A stretch of DNA of 64,000 nt from Eledone cirrhosa. Its lineage: Eukaryota. Both the position numbers and the translations under genes were made by a program. The stretch covers positions 1 to 64,000 of the forward strand of contig CAXHJY010001538.1 in the NCBI GenBank assembly GCA_964016885.1, in the 5' to 3' direction. Of the stretch, positions 30,301 to 43,400 are shown in pieces; position 1 is the stretch's first letter, and the number at the start of each line of letters is the position of its first letter. The notes under the pieces were generated by a model. It had not been told where the DNA came from and ran no database searches. It saw only the letters and a program-made list of their open reading frames with translations.

Positions 30301-33300
30301 TTTTAAGAATTTTAGGAATTTCGAGGAATTTTTTTGAATTTTCGGAATTTTATGTATTTTTAGGAATTTTAGGAATTTTAGGAATTTTAGGAATTTTAGG
30401 AATTTTTGGAATTTTAGGAATTTTATGAATTTTAAGAATTTTAGGAATTTCGAGGAATTTTTTTGAATTTTCGGAATTTTATGTATTTTTAGGAATTTTA
30501 GGAATTTTATGAATTTTATGAATTTTATGAATTTTATGAATTTTAGTAATTTTAGGAATTTCGAGGAATTTTTTTGAATTTTCGGAATTTTATGTATTTT
30601 TAGGAATTTTAGGAATTTTATGAATTTTATGAATTTTAGGAATTTTATGAATTTTAGTAATTTTAGGAATTTTAAGAATTTTAGGAACTTTAGGAATTTT
30701 AGGATTTTTATGAATTTTTAGAATTTTAGGAATTTTAGGAATTTTAGGAATTTTAGGAATTTTAGGAATTTTATGAATTTTAGTAATTTTAGGAATTTGA
30801 GGAATTTTAGAAATTTTTGGAATATTAGGATTTATGAATTTTAAGAATTTTAGGAATTTTGAGGAATTTTTTTTAATTTTCGGAATTTTATGTATTTTTA
30901 GGAATTTTAGGAATTTTAGAATTTTAGGAATTTTAGGAATTTTATGAATTTTAGTAATTTTAGGAATTTTAAGAATTTTAGGAATTTTAGGAATTTTAGG
31001 AATTTTATGAATTTTAGTAATTTTAGGAATTTTAAGAATTTTAGGAATTTTAGGAATTTTAGGATTTTTATGAATTTTTGGAATTTTAGGAATTTTAGGA
31101 ATTTTAGGAATTTTAGGAATTTTAGAAATTTTATGAATTTTAGTAATTTTAGGAATTTTAGGAATTTTAGGAATTTTAGAAATTTTTGGAATATTAGGAT
31201 TTATGAATTTTAAGAATTTTAGGAATTTTGAGGAATTTTTTTGAATTTTCGGAATTTTATGTATTTTTAGGAATTTTAGGAATTTTAGGAATTTTAGGAA
31301 TTTTAGGAATTTTTGGAATTTTAGGAATTTTAGGAATTTTAGGAATTTTAGGATATTTATGAATTTTTGGAATTTTAGGAATTTTAGGAATTTTAGGAAT
31401 TTTAGGAATTTTAGGAATTTTATGAATTTTAGTAATTTTAGGAATTTTAGGAATTTTAGGAATTTTAGGAATTTTTAGAATTTTAGGAATTTTAGGAATT
31501 TTATGAATTTTAGGAATTTTAGGAATTTTAGGAATTTTAGGAATTTTAGAAATTTTTGGAATATTAGGATTTATGAATTTTAAGAATTTTAGAAATTTTT
31601 TGGAATTTTCGGACTTTTAGGAATTTTTAGAAATTTTAGGTATTTTTCGGAATTTTATGAATTTTAGGAATTTTGAGGAATTTTTTTGAATTTTCGGAAT
31701 TTTATGTATTTTTAGGAATTTTAGGAATTTTAGGAATTTTAGGAATTTTAGGAATTTTTGGAATTTTAGGAATTTTAGGAATTTTATGAATGTTATGAAT
31801 TTTAGGAATTTTGGGAATTTTATGAATTTTATGAATTTTAGAAATGTTATGAATTTTAGGAATTTTAGGAATTTTAGGAATTTTAGGAATTTTAGGAATT
31901 TTAGAAATTTTTGGAATATTAGGATTTATGAATTTTAAGAATTTTAGGAATTTTGAGGAATTTTTTTGAATTTTCGGAATTTTATGTATTTTTAGGAATT
32001 TTAGGAATTTTAGGAATTTTAGGAATTTTAGGAATTTTTGGAATTTTATGAATTTTATGAATTTTAAGAATTTTAGGAATTTCGAGGAATTTTTTTGAAT
32101 TTTCGGAATTTTATGTATTTTTAGGAATTTTAGGAATTTTAGGAATTTTAGGAATTTTTGGAATTTTTGGAATTTTAGGAATTTTATGAATTTTAAGAAT
32201 TTTAGGAATTTCGAGGAATTTTTTTGAATTTTCGGAATTTTATGTATTTTTAGGAATTTTAGGAATTTTATGAATTTTATGAATTTTAGGAATTTTATGA
32301 ATTTTAGTAATTTTAGGAATTTTAAGAATTTTAGGAATTTTAGGAATTTTAGGATTTTTATGAATTTTTGGAATTTTGGAATTTTAGGAATTTTAGGATT
32401 TTTATGAATTTTTGGAATTTTAGGAATTTTAGGAATTTTAGGAATCTTAGGAATTTTAGGAATTTTAGGAATTTTAGTAATTTTAGGAATTTTGAGGAAT
32501 TTTTTTGAATTTTCGGAATTTTATGTATTTTTAGGAATTTTAGGAATTTTAGGAATTTTAGGAATTTTAGAAATTTTTGGAATATTAGGATTTATGAATT
32601 TTAAGAATTTTAGGAATTTTTTGGAATTTTCGGAATTTTCGGAATTTTTAGAAATTTTAGGTATTTTAGGAATTTTATGTATGTTATGAATTTTAGGAAT
32701 TTTGGGAATTTTATGAATTTTATGAATTTTAGATATGTTATGAATTTTAGGAATTTTAGGAATTTTAGGAATTTTAAGAATTTTAGGAATTTTAGGAATT
32801 TTAGGATTTTTATGAATTTTTGGAATTTTAGGAATTTTAGGAATTTTGCGAATTTTAGGAATTTTAGGAATTTTAGGAATTTTAGGAATTTTAGGAATTT
32901 TAGGAATTTTAGGAATTTTAGGAATTTTAGGAATTTTAGGAATTTTTGGAATTTTAGGAATTTTAGGAATTTTAGGAATTTTAGGAATTTTAGGAATTTT
33001 ATGAATTTTAGTAATTTTAGGAATTTTAGGAATTTTAGGAATTTTAGAAATTTTTGGAATATTAGGATTTATGAATTTTAAGAATTTTAGGAATTTTGAG
33101 GAATTTTATTGAATTTTCGGAATTTTATGTATTTTTAGGAATTTTAGGAATTTTAGGAATTTTAGGAATTTTAGAAATTTTAGGAATTTTAGGAATTTTA
33201 TGAATTTTAGTAATTTTAGGAATATTAGGATTTATGAATTTTAAGAATTTTAGGAATTTTGAGGAATTTTTTTGAATTTTCGGAATTTTATGTATTATTA

Positions 33301-36300
33301 GGAATTTTAGGAATTTTAGGAATTTTAGGAATTTTAGGAATTTTTGGAATTTTATGAATTTTATGAATTTTAAGAATTTTAGGAATTTCGAGGAATTTTT
33401 TTGAATTTTCGGAATTTTATGTATTTTTAGGAATTTTAGGAATTTTAGGAATTTTAGGAATTTTAGGAATTTTTGGAATTTTAGGAATTTTATGAATTTT
33501 AAGAATTTTAGGAATTTCGAGGAATTTTTTTGAATTTTCGGAATTTTATGTATTTTTAGGAATTTTAGGAATTTTATGAATTTTATGAATTTTAGGAATT
33601 TTATGAATTTTAGTAATTTTAGGAATTTTAAGAATTTTAGGAACTTTAGGAATTTTAGGATTTTTATGAATTTTTGGAATTTTAGGAATTTTAGGAATTT
33701 TAGGAATTTTATGAATTTTAGTAATTTTAGGAATTTGAGGAATTTTAGAAATTTTTGGAATATTAGGATTTATGAATTTTAAGAATTTTAGGAATTTTGA
33801 GGAATTTATTTTAATTTTCGGAATTTTATGTATTTTTAGGAATTTTAGGAATTTTAGAATTTTAGGAATTTTAGGAATTTTATGAATTTTAGTAATTTTA
33901 GGAATTTTAAGAATTTTCGGAATTTTATGTATTTTTAGGAATTTTAGGAATTTTAGGAATTTTAGGAATTTTAGGAATTTTTGGAATTTTAGGAATTTTA
34001 GGAATTTTATGAATGTTATGAATTTTAGGAATTCTGGGAATTTTATGAATTTTATGAATTTTAGAAATGTTATGAATTTTAGGAATTTTAGGAATTTTAG
34101 GAATTTTAGGAATTTTAGGAATTTTAGAAATTTTTGGAATATTAGGATTTATGAATTTTAAGAATTTTAGGAATTTTGAGGAATTTTTTTGAATTTTCGG
34201 AATTTTATGTATTTTTAGGAATTTTAGGAATTTTAGGAATTTTAGGAATTTTAGGAATTTTTGGAATTTTATGAATTTTATGAATTTTAAGAATTTTAGG
34301 AATTTCGAGGAATTTTTTTGAATTTTCGGAATTTTATGTATTTTTAGGAATTTTAGGAATTTTAGGAATTTTAGGAATTTTTGGAATTTTTGGAATTTTA
34401 GGAATTTTATGAATTTTAAGAATTTTAGGAATTTCGAGGAATTTTTTTGAATTTTCGGAATTTTATGTATTTTTAGGAATTTTATGAATTTTATGAATTT
34501 TATGAATTTTAGGAATTTTATGAATTTTAGTAATTTTAGGAATTTTAAGAATTTTAGGAATTTTAGGAATTTTAGGATTTTTATTAATTTTTGGAATTTT
34601 GGAATTTTAGGAATTTTAGGATTTTTATGAATTTTTGGAATTTTAGGAATTTTAGGAATTTTAGGAATCTTAGGAATTTTAGGAATTTTAGGAATTTTAG
34701 TAATTTTAGGAATTTTGAGGAATTTTTTTGAATTTTCGGAATTTTATGTATTTTTAGGAATTTTAGGAATTTTAGGAATTTTAGGAATTTTAGAAATTTT
34801 TGGAATATTAGGATTTATGAATTTTAAGAATTTTAGGAATTTTTTGGAATTTTCGGAATTTTCGGAATTTTTAGAAATTTTAGGTATTTTAGGAATTTTA
34901 TGTATGTTATGAATTTTAGGAATTTTGGGAATTTTATGAATTTTATGAATTTTAGATATGTTATGAATTTTAGGAATTTTAGGAATTTTAGGAATTTTAA
35001 GAATTTTAGGAATTTTAGGAATTTTAGGATTTTTATGAATTTTTGGAATTTTAGGAATTTTAGGAATTTTGCGAATTTTAGGAATTTTAGGAATTTTAGG
35101 AATTTTAGGAATTTTAGGAATTTTAGGATTTTTATGAATTTTTGGAATTTTAGGAATTTTAGGAATTTTAGGAATTTTAGGAATTTTAGGAATTTTATGA
35201 ATTTTAGTAATTTTAGTAATTTTAGGAATTTTAGGAATTTTAGAAATTTTTGGAATATTAGGATTTATGAATTTTAAGAATTTTAGGAATTTTGAGGAAT
35301 TTTTTTGAATTTTCGGAATTTTATGTATTTTTAGGAATTTTAGGAATTTTAGGAATTTTAGGAATTTTAGAAATTTTAGGAATTTTAGGAATTTTATGAA
35401 TTTTAGTAATTTTAGTAATTTTAGGAATTTTAGGAATTTTAGAAATTTTTGGAATATTAGGATTTATGAATTTTAAGAATTTTAGGAATTTTGAGGAATT
35501 TTTTTGAATTTTCGGAATTTTATGTATTTTTAGGAATTTTAGGAATTTTAGGAATTTTAGGAATTTTAGGAATTTTTGGAATTTTAGGAATTTTATGAAT
35601 TTTAAGAATTTTAGGAATTTCGAGGAATTTTTTTGAATTTTCGGAATTTTATGTATTTTTAGGAATTTTAGGAATTTTAGGAATTTTAGGAATTTTAGGA
35701 ATTTTAGGAATTTTTGGAATTTTAGGAATTTTATGAATTTTAAGAATTTTAGGAATTTCGAGGAATTTTTTTGAATTTTCGGAATTTTATGTATTTTTAG
35801 GAATTTTAGGAATTTTATGAATTTTATGAATTTTATGAATTTTATGAATTTTAGTAATTTTAGGAATTTCGAGGAATTTTTTTGAATTTTCGGAATTTTA
35901 TGTATTTTTAGGAATTTTAGGAATTTTATGAATTTTATGAATTTTAGGAATTTTATGAATTTTAGTAATTTTAGGAATTTTAAGAATTTTAGGAACTTTA
36001 GGAATTTTAGGATTTTTATGAATTTTTAGAATTTTAGGAATTTTAGGAATTTTAGGAATTTTAGGAATTTTAGGAATTTTATGAATTTTAGTAATTTTAG
36101 GAATTTGAGGAATTTTAGAAATTTTTGGAATATTAGGATTTATGAATTTTAAGAATTTTAGGAATTTTGAGGAATTTTTTTTAATTTTCGGAATTTTATG
36201 TATTTTTAGGAATTTTAGGAATTTTAGAATTTTAGGAATTTTAGGAATTTTATGAATTTTAGTAATTTTAGGAATTTTAAGAATTTTAGGAATTTTAGGA

Positions 36301-39300
36301 ATTTTAGGAATTTTATGAATTTTAGTAATTTTAGGAATTTTAAGAATTTTAGGAATTTTAGGAATTTTAGGATTTTTATGAATTTTTGGAATTTTAGGAA
36401 TTTTAGGAATTTTAGGAATTTTAGGAATTTTAGAAATTTTATGAATTTTAGTAATTTTAGGAATTTTAGGAATTTTAGGAATTTTAGAAATTTTTGGAAT
36501 ATTAGGATTTATGAATTTTAAGAATTTTAGGAATTTTGAGGAATTTTTTTGAATTTTCGGAATTTTATGTATTTTTAGGAATTTTAGGAATTTTAGGAAT
36601 TTTAGGAATTTTAGGAATTTTTGGAATTTTAGGAATTTTAGGAATTTTAGGAATTTTAGGATATTTATGAATTTTTGGAATTTTAGGAATTTTAGGAATT
36701 TTAGGAATTTTAGGAATTTTAGGAATTTTATGAATTTTAGTAATTTTAGGAATTTTAGGAATTTTAGGAATTTTAGGAATTTTTAGAATTTTAGGAATTT
36801 TAGGAATTTTATGAATTTTAGGAATTTTAGGAATTTTAGGAATTTTAGGAATTTTAGAAATTTTTGGAATATTAGGATTTATGAATTTTAAGAATTTTAG
36901 AAATTTTTTGGAATTTTCGGACTTTTAGGAATTTTTAGAAATTTTAGGTATTTTTCGGAATTTTATGAATTTTAGGAATTTTGAGGAATTTTTTTGAATT
37001 TTCGGAATTTTATGTATTTTTAGGAATTTTAGGAATTTTAGGAATTTTAGGAATTTTAGGAATTTTTGGAATTTTAGGAATTTTAGGAATTTTATGAATG
37101 TTATGAATTTTAGGAATTTTGGGAATTTTATGAATTTTATGAATTTTAGAAATGTTATGAATTTTAGGAATTTTAGGAATTTTAGGAATTTTAGGAATTT
37201 TAGGAATTTTAGAAATTTTTGGAATATTAGGATTTATGAATTTTAAGAATTTTAGGAATTTTGAGGAATTTTTTTGAATTTTCGGAATTTTATGTATTTT
37301 TAGGAATTTTAGGAATTTTAGGAATTTTAGGAATTTTAGGAATTTTTGGAATTTTATGAATTTTATGAATTTTAAGAATTTTAGGAATTTCGAGGAATTT
37401 TTTTGAATTTTCGGAATTTTATGTATTTTTAGGAATTTTAGGAATTTTAGGAATTTTAGGAATTTTTGGAATTTTTGGAATTTTAGGAATTTTATGAATT
37501 TTAAGAATTTTAGGAATTTCGAGGAATTTTTTTGAATTTTCGGAATTTTATGTATTTTTAGGAATTTTAGGAATTTTATGAATTTTATGAATTTTAGGAA
37601 TTTTATGAATTTTAGTAATTTTAGGAATTTTAAGAATTTTAGGAATTTTAGGAATTTTAGGATTTTTATGAATTTTTGGAATTTTGGAATTTTAGGAATT
37701 TTAGGATTTTTATGAATTTTTGGAATTTTAGGAATTTTAGGAATTTTAGGAATCTTAGGAATTTTAGGAATTTTAGGAATTTTAGTAATTTTAGGAATTT
37801 TGAGGAATTTTTTTGAATTTTCGGAATTTTATGTATTTTTAGGAATTTTAGGAATTTTAGGAATTTTAGGAATTTTAGAAATTTTTGGAATATTAGGATT
37901 TATGAATTTTAAGAATTTTAGGAATTTTTTGGAATTTTCGGAATTTTCGGAATTTTTAGAAATTTTAGGTATTTTAGGAATTTTATGTATGTTATGAATT
38001 TTAGGAATTTTGGGAATTTTATGAATTTTATGAATTTTAGGTATGTTATGAATTTTAGGAATTTTAGGAATTTTAGGAATTTTAAGAATTTTAGGAATTT
38101 TAGGAATTTTAGGATTTTTATGAATTTTTGGAATTTTAGGAATTTTAGGAATTTTGCGAATTTTAGGAATTTTAGGAATTTTAGGAATTTTAGGAATTTT
38201 AGGAATTTTAGGAATTTTAGGAATTTTAGGAATTTTAGGAATTTTAGGAATTTTTGGAATTTTAGGAATTTTAGGAATTTTAGGAATTTTAGGAATTTTA
38301 GGAATTTTATGAATTTTAGTAATTTTAGGAATTTTAGGAATTTTAGGAATTTTAGAAATTTTTGGAATATTAGGATTTATGAATTTTAAGAATTTTAGGA
38401 ATTTTGAGGAATTTTATTGAATTTTCGGAATTTTATGTATTTTTAGGAATTTTAGGAATTTTAGGAATTTTAGGAATTTTAGAAATTTTAGGAATTTTAG
38501 GAATTTTATGAATTTTAGTAATTTTAGGAATATTAGGATTTATGAATTTTAAGAATTTTAGGAATTTTGAGGAATTTTTTTGAATTTTCGGAATTTTATG
38601 TATTATTAGGAATTTTAGGAATTTTAGGAATTTTAGGAATTTTAGGAATTTTTGGAATTTTATGAATTTTATGAATTTTAAGAATTTTAGGAATTTCGAG
38701 GAATTTTTTTGAATTTTCGGAATTTTATGTATTTTTAGGAATTTTAGGAATTTTAGGAATTTTAGGAATTTTAGGAATTTTTGGAATTTTAGGAATTTTA
38801 TGAATTTTAAGAATTTTAGGAATTTCGAGGAATTTTTTTGAATTTTCGGAATTTTATGTATTTTTAGGAATTTTAGGAATTTTATGAATTTTATGAATTT
38901 TAGGAATTTTATGAATTTTAGTAATTTTAGGAATTTTAAGAATTTTAGGAACTTTAGGAATTTTAGGATTTTTATGAATTTTTGGAATTTTAGGAATTTT
39001 AGGAATTTTAGGAATTTTATGAATTTTAGTAATTTTAGGAATTTGAGGAATTTTAGAAATTTTTGGAATATTAGGATTTATGAATTTTAAGAATTTTAGG
39101 AATTTTGAGGAATTTATTTTAATTTTCGGAATTTTATGTATTTTTAGGAATTTTAGGAATTTTAGAATTTTAGGAATTTTAGGAATTTTATGAATTTTAG
39201 TAATTTTAGGAATTTTAAGAATTTTCGGAATTTTATGTATTTTTAGGAATTTTAGGAATTTTAGGAATTTTAGGAATTTTAGGAATTTTTGGAATTTTAG

Positions 39301-40400
39301 GAATTTTAGGAATTTTATGAATGTTATGAATTTTAGGAATTCTGGGAATTTTATGAATTTTATGAATTTTAGAAATGTTATGAATTTTAGGAATTTTAGG
39401 AATTTTAGGAATTTTAGGAATTTTAGGAATTTTAGAAATTTTTGGAATATTAGGATTTATGAATTTTAAGAATTTTAGGAATTTTGAGGAATTTTTTTGA
39501 ATTTTCGGAATTTTATGTATTTTTAGGAATTTTAGGAATTTTAGGAATTTTAGGAATTTTAGGAATTTTTGGAATTTTATGAATTTTATGAATTTTAAGA
39601 ATTTTAGGAATTTCGAGGAATTTTTTTGAATTTTCGGAATTTTATGTATTTTTAGGAATTTTAGGAATTTTAGGAATTTTAGGAATTTTTGGAATTTTTG
39701 GAATTTTAGGAATTTTATGAATTTTAAGAATTTTAGGAATTTCGAGGAATTTTTTTGAATTTTCGGAATTTTATGTATTTTTAGGAATTTTATGAATTTT
39801 ATGAATTTTATGAATTTTAGGAATTTTATGAATTTTAGTAATTTTAGGAATTTTAAGAATTTTAGGAATTTTAGGAATTTTAGGATTTTTATTAATTTTT
39901 GGAATTTTGGAATTTTAGGAATTTTAGGATTTTTATGAATTTTTGGAATTTTAGGAATTTTAGGAATTTTAGGAATCTTAGGAATTTTAGGAATTTTAGG
40001 AATTTTAGTAATTTTAGGAATTTTGAGGAATTTTTTTGAATTTTCGGAATTTTATGTATTTTTAGGAATTTTAGGAATTTTAGGAATTTTAGGAATTTTA
40101 GAAATTTTTGGAATATTAGGATTTATGAATTTTAAGAATTTTAGGAATTTTTTGGAATTTTCGGAATTTTCGGAATTTTTAGAAATTTTAGGTATTTTAG
40201 GAATTTTATGTATGTTATGAATTTTAGGAATTTTGGGAATTTTATGAATTTTATGAATTTTAGATATGTTATGAATTTTAGGAATTTTAGGAATTTTAGG
40301 AATTTTAAGAATTTTAGGAATTTTAGGAATTTTAGGATTTTTATGAATTTTTGGAATTTTAGGAATTTTAGGAATTTTGCGAATTTTAGGAATTTTAGGA
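13490..40400. repeat. Near-identical tandem duplication with a 13,367-bp period inside the 9-bp satellite (boundaries approximate)
   Basis: Landmarks recur at a constant offset of 13,367: ORF starts 14301/27668, 15494/28861, 16234/29601, 17577/30944, 19125/32492, 21348/34715, 24433/37800 and 26656/40023, and the rare CGGACTTTT at 18243/31610 and 23551/36918. Confidence 0.93.
17500..27000. repeat. Nested 5,308-bp period repeat (2,223 + 3,085 bp) within the 13,367-bp unit (boundaries approximate)
   Basis: Offsets of 5,308: 17577/22885, 19125/24433, 19310/24618, 20209/25517, 21348/26656, and CGGACTTTT at 18243/23551. Confidence 0.88.
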
Positions 40401-43400
40401 ATTTTAGGAATTTTAGGAATTTTAGGAATTTTAGGAATTTTAGGAATTTTAGGAATTTTTGGAATTTTAGGAATTTTAGGAATTTTAGGAATTTTAGGAA
40501 TTTTAGGAATTTTATGAATTTTAGTAATTTTAGGAATTTTAGGAATTTTAGGAATTTTAGAAATTTTTGGAATATTAGGATTTATGAATTTTAAGAATTT
40601 TAGGAATTTTGAGGAATTTTATTGAATTTTCGGAATTTTATGTATTTTTAGGAATTTTAGGAATTTTAGGAATTTTAGGAATTTTAGAAATTTTAGGAAT
40701 TTTAGGAATTTTATGAATTTTAGTAATTTTAGGAATATTAGGATTTATGAATTTTAAGAATTTTAGGAATTTTGAGGAATTTTTTTGAATTTTCGGAATT
40801 TTATGTATTTTTAGGAATTTTAGGAATTTTAGGAATTTTAGGAATTTTAGGAATTTTTGGAATTTTAGGAATTTTATGAATTTTAAGAATTTTAGGAATT
40901 TCGAGGAATTTTTTTGAATTTTCGGAATTTTATGTATTTTTAGGAATTTTAGGAATTTTAGGAATTTTAGGAATTTTAGGAATTTTTGGAATTTTAGGAA
41001 TTTTATGAATTTTAAGAATTTTAGGAATTTCGAGGAATTTTTTTGAATTTTCGGAATTTTATGTATTTTTAGGAATTTTAGGAATTTTATGAATTTTATG
41101 AATTTTAGGAATTTTATGAATTTTAGTAATTTTAGGAATTTTAAGAATTTTAGGAACTTTAGGAATTTTAGGATTTTTATGAATTTTTGGAATTTTAGGA
41201 ATTTTAGGAATTTTAGGAATTTTATGAATTTTAGTAATTTTAGGAATTTGAGGAATTTTAGAAATTTTTGGAATATTAGGATTTATGAATTTTAAGAATT
41301 TTAGGAATTTTGAGGAATTTTTTTTAATTTTCGGAATTTTATGTATTTTTAGGAATTTTAGGAATTTTAGAATTTTAGGAATTTTAGGAATTTTATGAAT
41401 TTTAGTAATTTTAGGAATTTTAAGAATTTTAGGAATTTTAGGAATTTTATGAATTTTATGAATTTTAGTAATTTTAGGAATTTTAAGAATTTTAGGAATT
41501 TTATGAATTTTTGGAATTTTAGGAATTTTAGGAATTTTAGGAATTTTAGGAATTTTAGAAATTTTATGAATTTTAGTAATTTTAGGAATTTTAGGAATTT
41601 TAGGAATTTTAGAAATTTTTGGAATATTAGGATTTATGAATTTTAAGAATTTTAGGAATTTTGAGGAATCTTTTTGAATTTTCGGAATTTTATGTATTTT
41701 TAGGATTTTTAGGAATTTTATTAATTTTAGGAATTTTAGGAATTTTTGGAATTTTAGGAATTTTAGGAATTTTAGGAATTTTAGGATTTTTATGAATTTT
41801 TGGAATTTTAGGAATTTTAGGAATTTTAGGAATTTTATGAATTTTAGTAATTTTATGAATTTTTGGAATTTTAGGAATTTTAGAAATTTTTGGAATATTA
41901 GGATTTATTAATTTTAAGAATTTTAGGAATTTTAGGATTTTTATGAATTTTTAGAATTTTAGGAATTTCTATGAATTTTAGGAATTTTAGGAATTTTAGG
42001 AATTTTAGGAATTTTAGGAATTTTAGGAATTTTAGGAATTTGAGAAATTTTTTGAATATTAGGATTTATGAATTTTAAGAATTTTAGGAATTTTGAGGAA
42101 TTTTTTTGAATTTTCGGAATTTTATGTATTTTTAGGAATTTTAGGAATTTTAGGAATTTTAGGAATTTTAGGAATTTTTGGAATTTTAGGAATTTTATGA
42201 ATTTTAAGAATTTTAGGAATTTCGAGGAATTTTTTTGAATTTTCGGAATTTTATGTATTTTTGGAATTTTAGGAATTTTAGGAATTTTAGGAATTTTTGG
42301 AATTTTTGGAATTTTAGGAATTTTATGAATTTTAAGAATTTTAGGAATTTCGAGGAATTTTTTTGAATTTTCGGAATTTTATGTATTTTTAGGAATTTTA
42401 GGAATTTTATGAATTTTATGAATTTTAGGAATTTTATGAATTTTAGTAATTTTAGGAATTTTAAGAATTTTAGGAATTTTAGTAATTTTAGGATTTTTAT
42501 GAATTTTTGGAATTTTAACAATTTTAGGAATTTTAGGAATTTTAGGAATTTTATGAATTTTAGTAATTTTAGGAATTTTAGGAATTTTAGGAATTTTAGA
42601 AATTTTTGGAATATTAGGATTTATGAATTTTAAGAATTTTAGGCATTTTGAGGAATTTTTTTGAATTTTCGGAATTTTATGTATTTTTAGGAATTTTAGG
42701 AATTTTAGGAATTTTAGGAATTTTAGAAATTTTAGGAATTTTAGGAATTTTATGAATTTTAGTAATTTTAGAAATTTTAGGAATTTTAGGAATTTTAGAA
42801 ATTTTTGGAATATTAGGATTTATGAATTTTAAGAATTTTAGGAATTTTGAGGAATTTTTTTGAATTTTCGGAATTTTATGTATTTTTAGGAATTTTAGGA
42901 ATTTTAGGAATTTTAGGAATTTTAGGAATTTTTGGAATTTTATGAATTTTATGAATTTTAAGAATTTTAGGAATTTCGAGGAATTTTTTTGAATTTTCGG
43001 AATTTTATGTATTTTTAGGAATTTTAGGAATTTTAGGAATTTTAGGAATTTTAGGAATTTTTGGAATTTTAGGAATTTTATGAATTTTAAGAATTTTAGG
43101 AATTTCGAGGAATTTTTTTGAATTTTCGGAATTTTATGTATTTTTAGGAATTTTAGGAATTTTATGAATTTTATGAATTTTAGGAATTTTATGAATTTTA
43201 GTAATTTTAGGAATTTTAAGAATTTTAGGAACTTTAGGAATTTTAGGATTTTTATGAATTTTTGGAATTTTAGGAATTTTAGGAATTTTAGGAATTTTAT
43301 GAATTTTAGTAATTTTAGGAATTTGAGGAATTTTAGAAATTTTTGGAATATTAGGATTTATGAATTTTAAGAATTTTAGGAATTTTGAGGAATTTATTTT

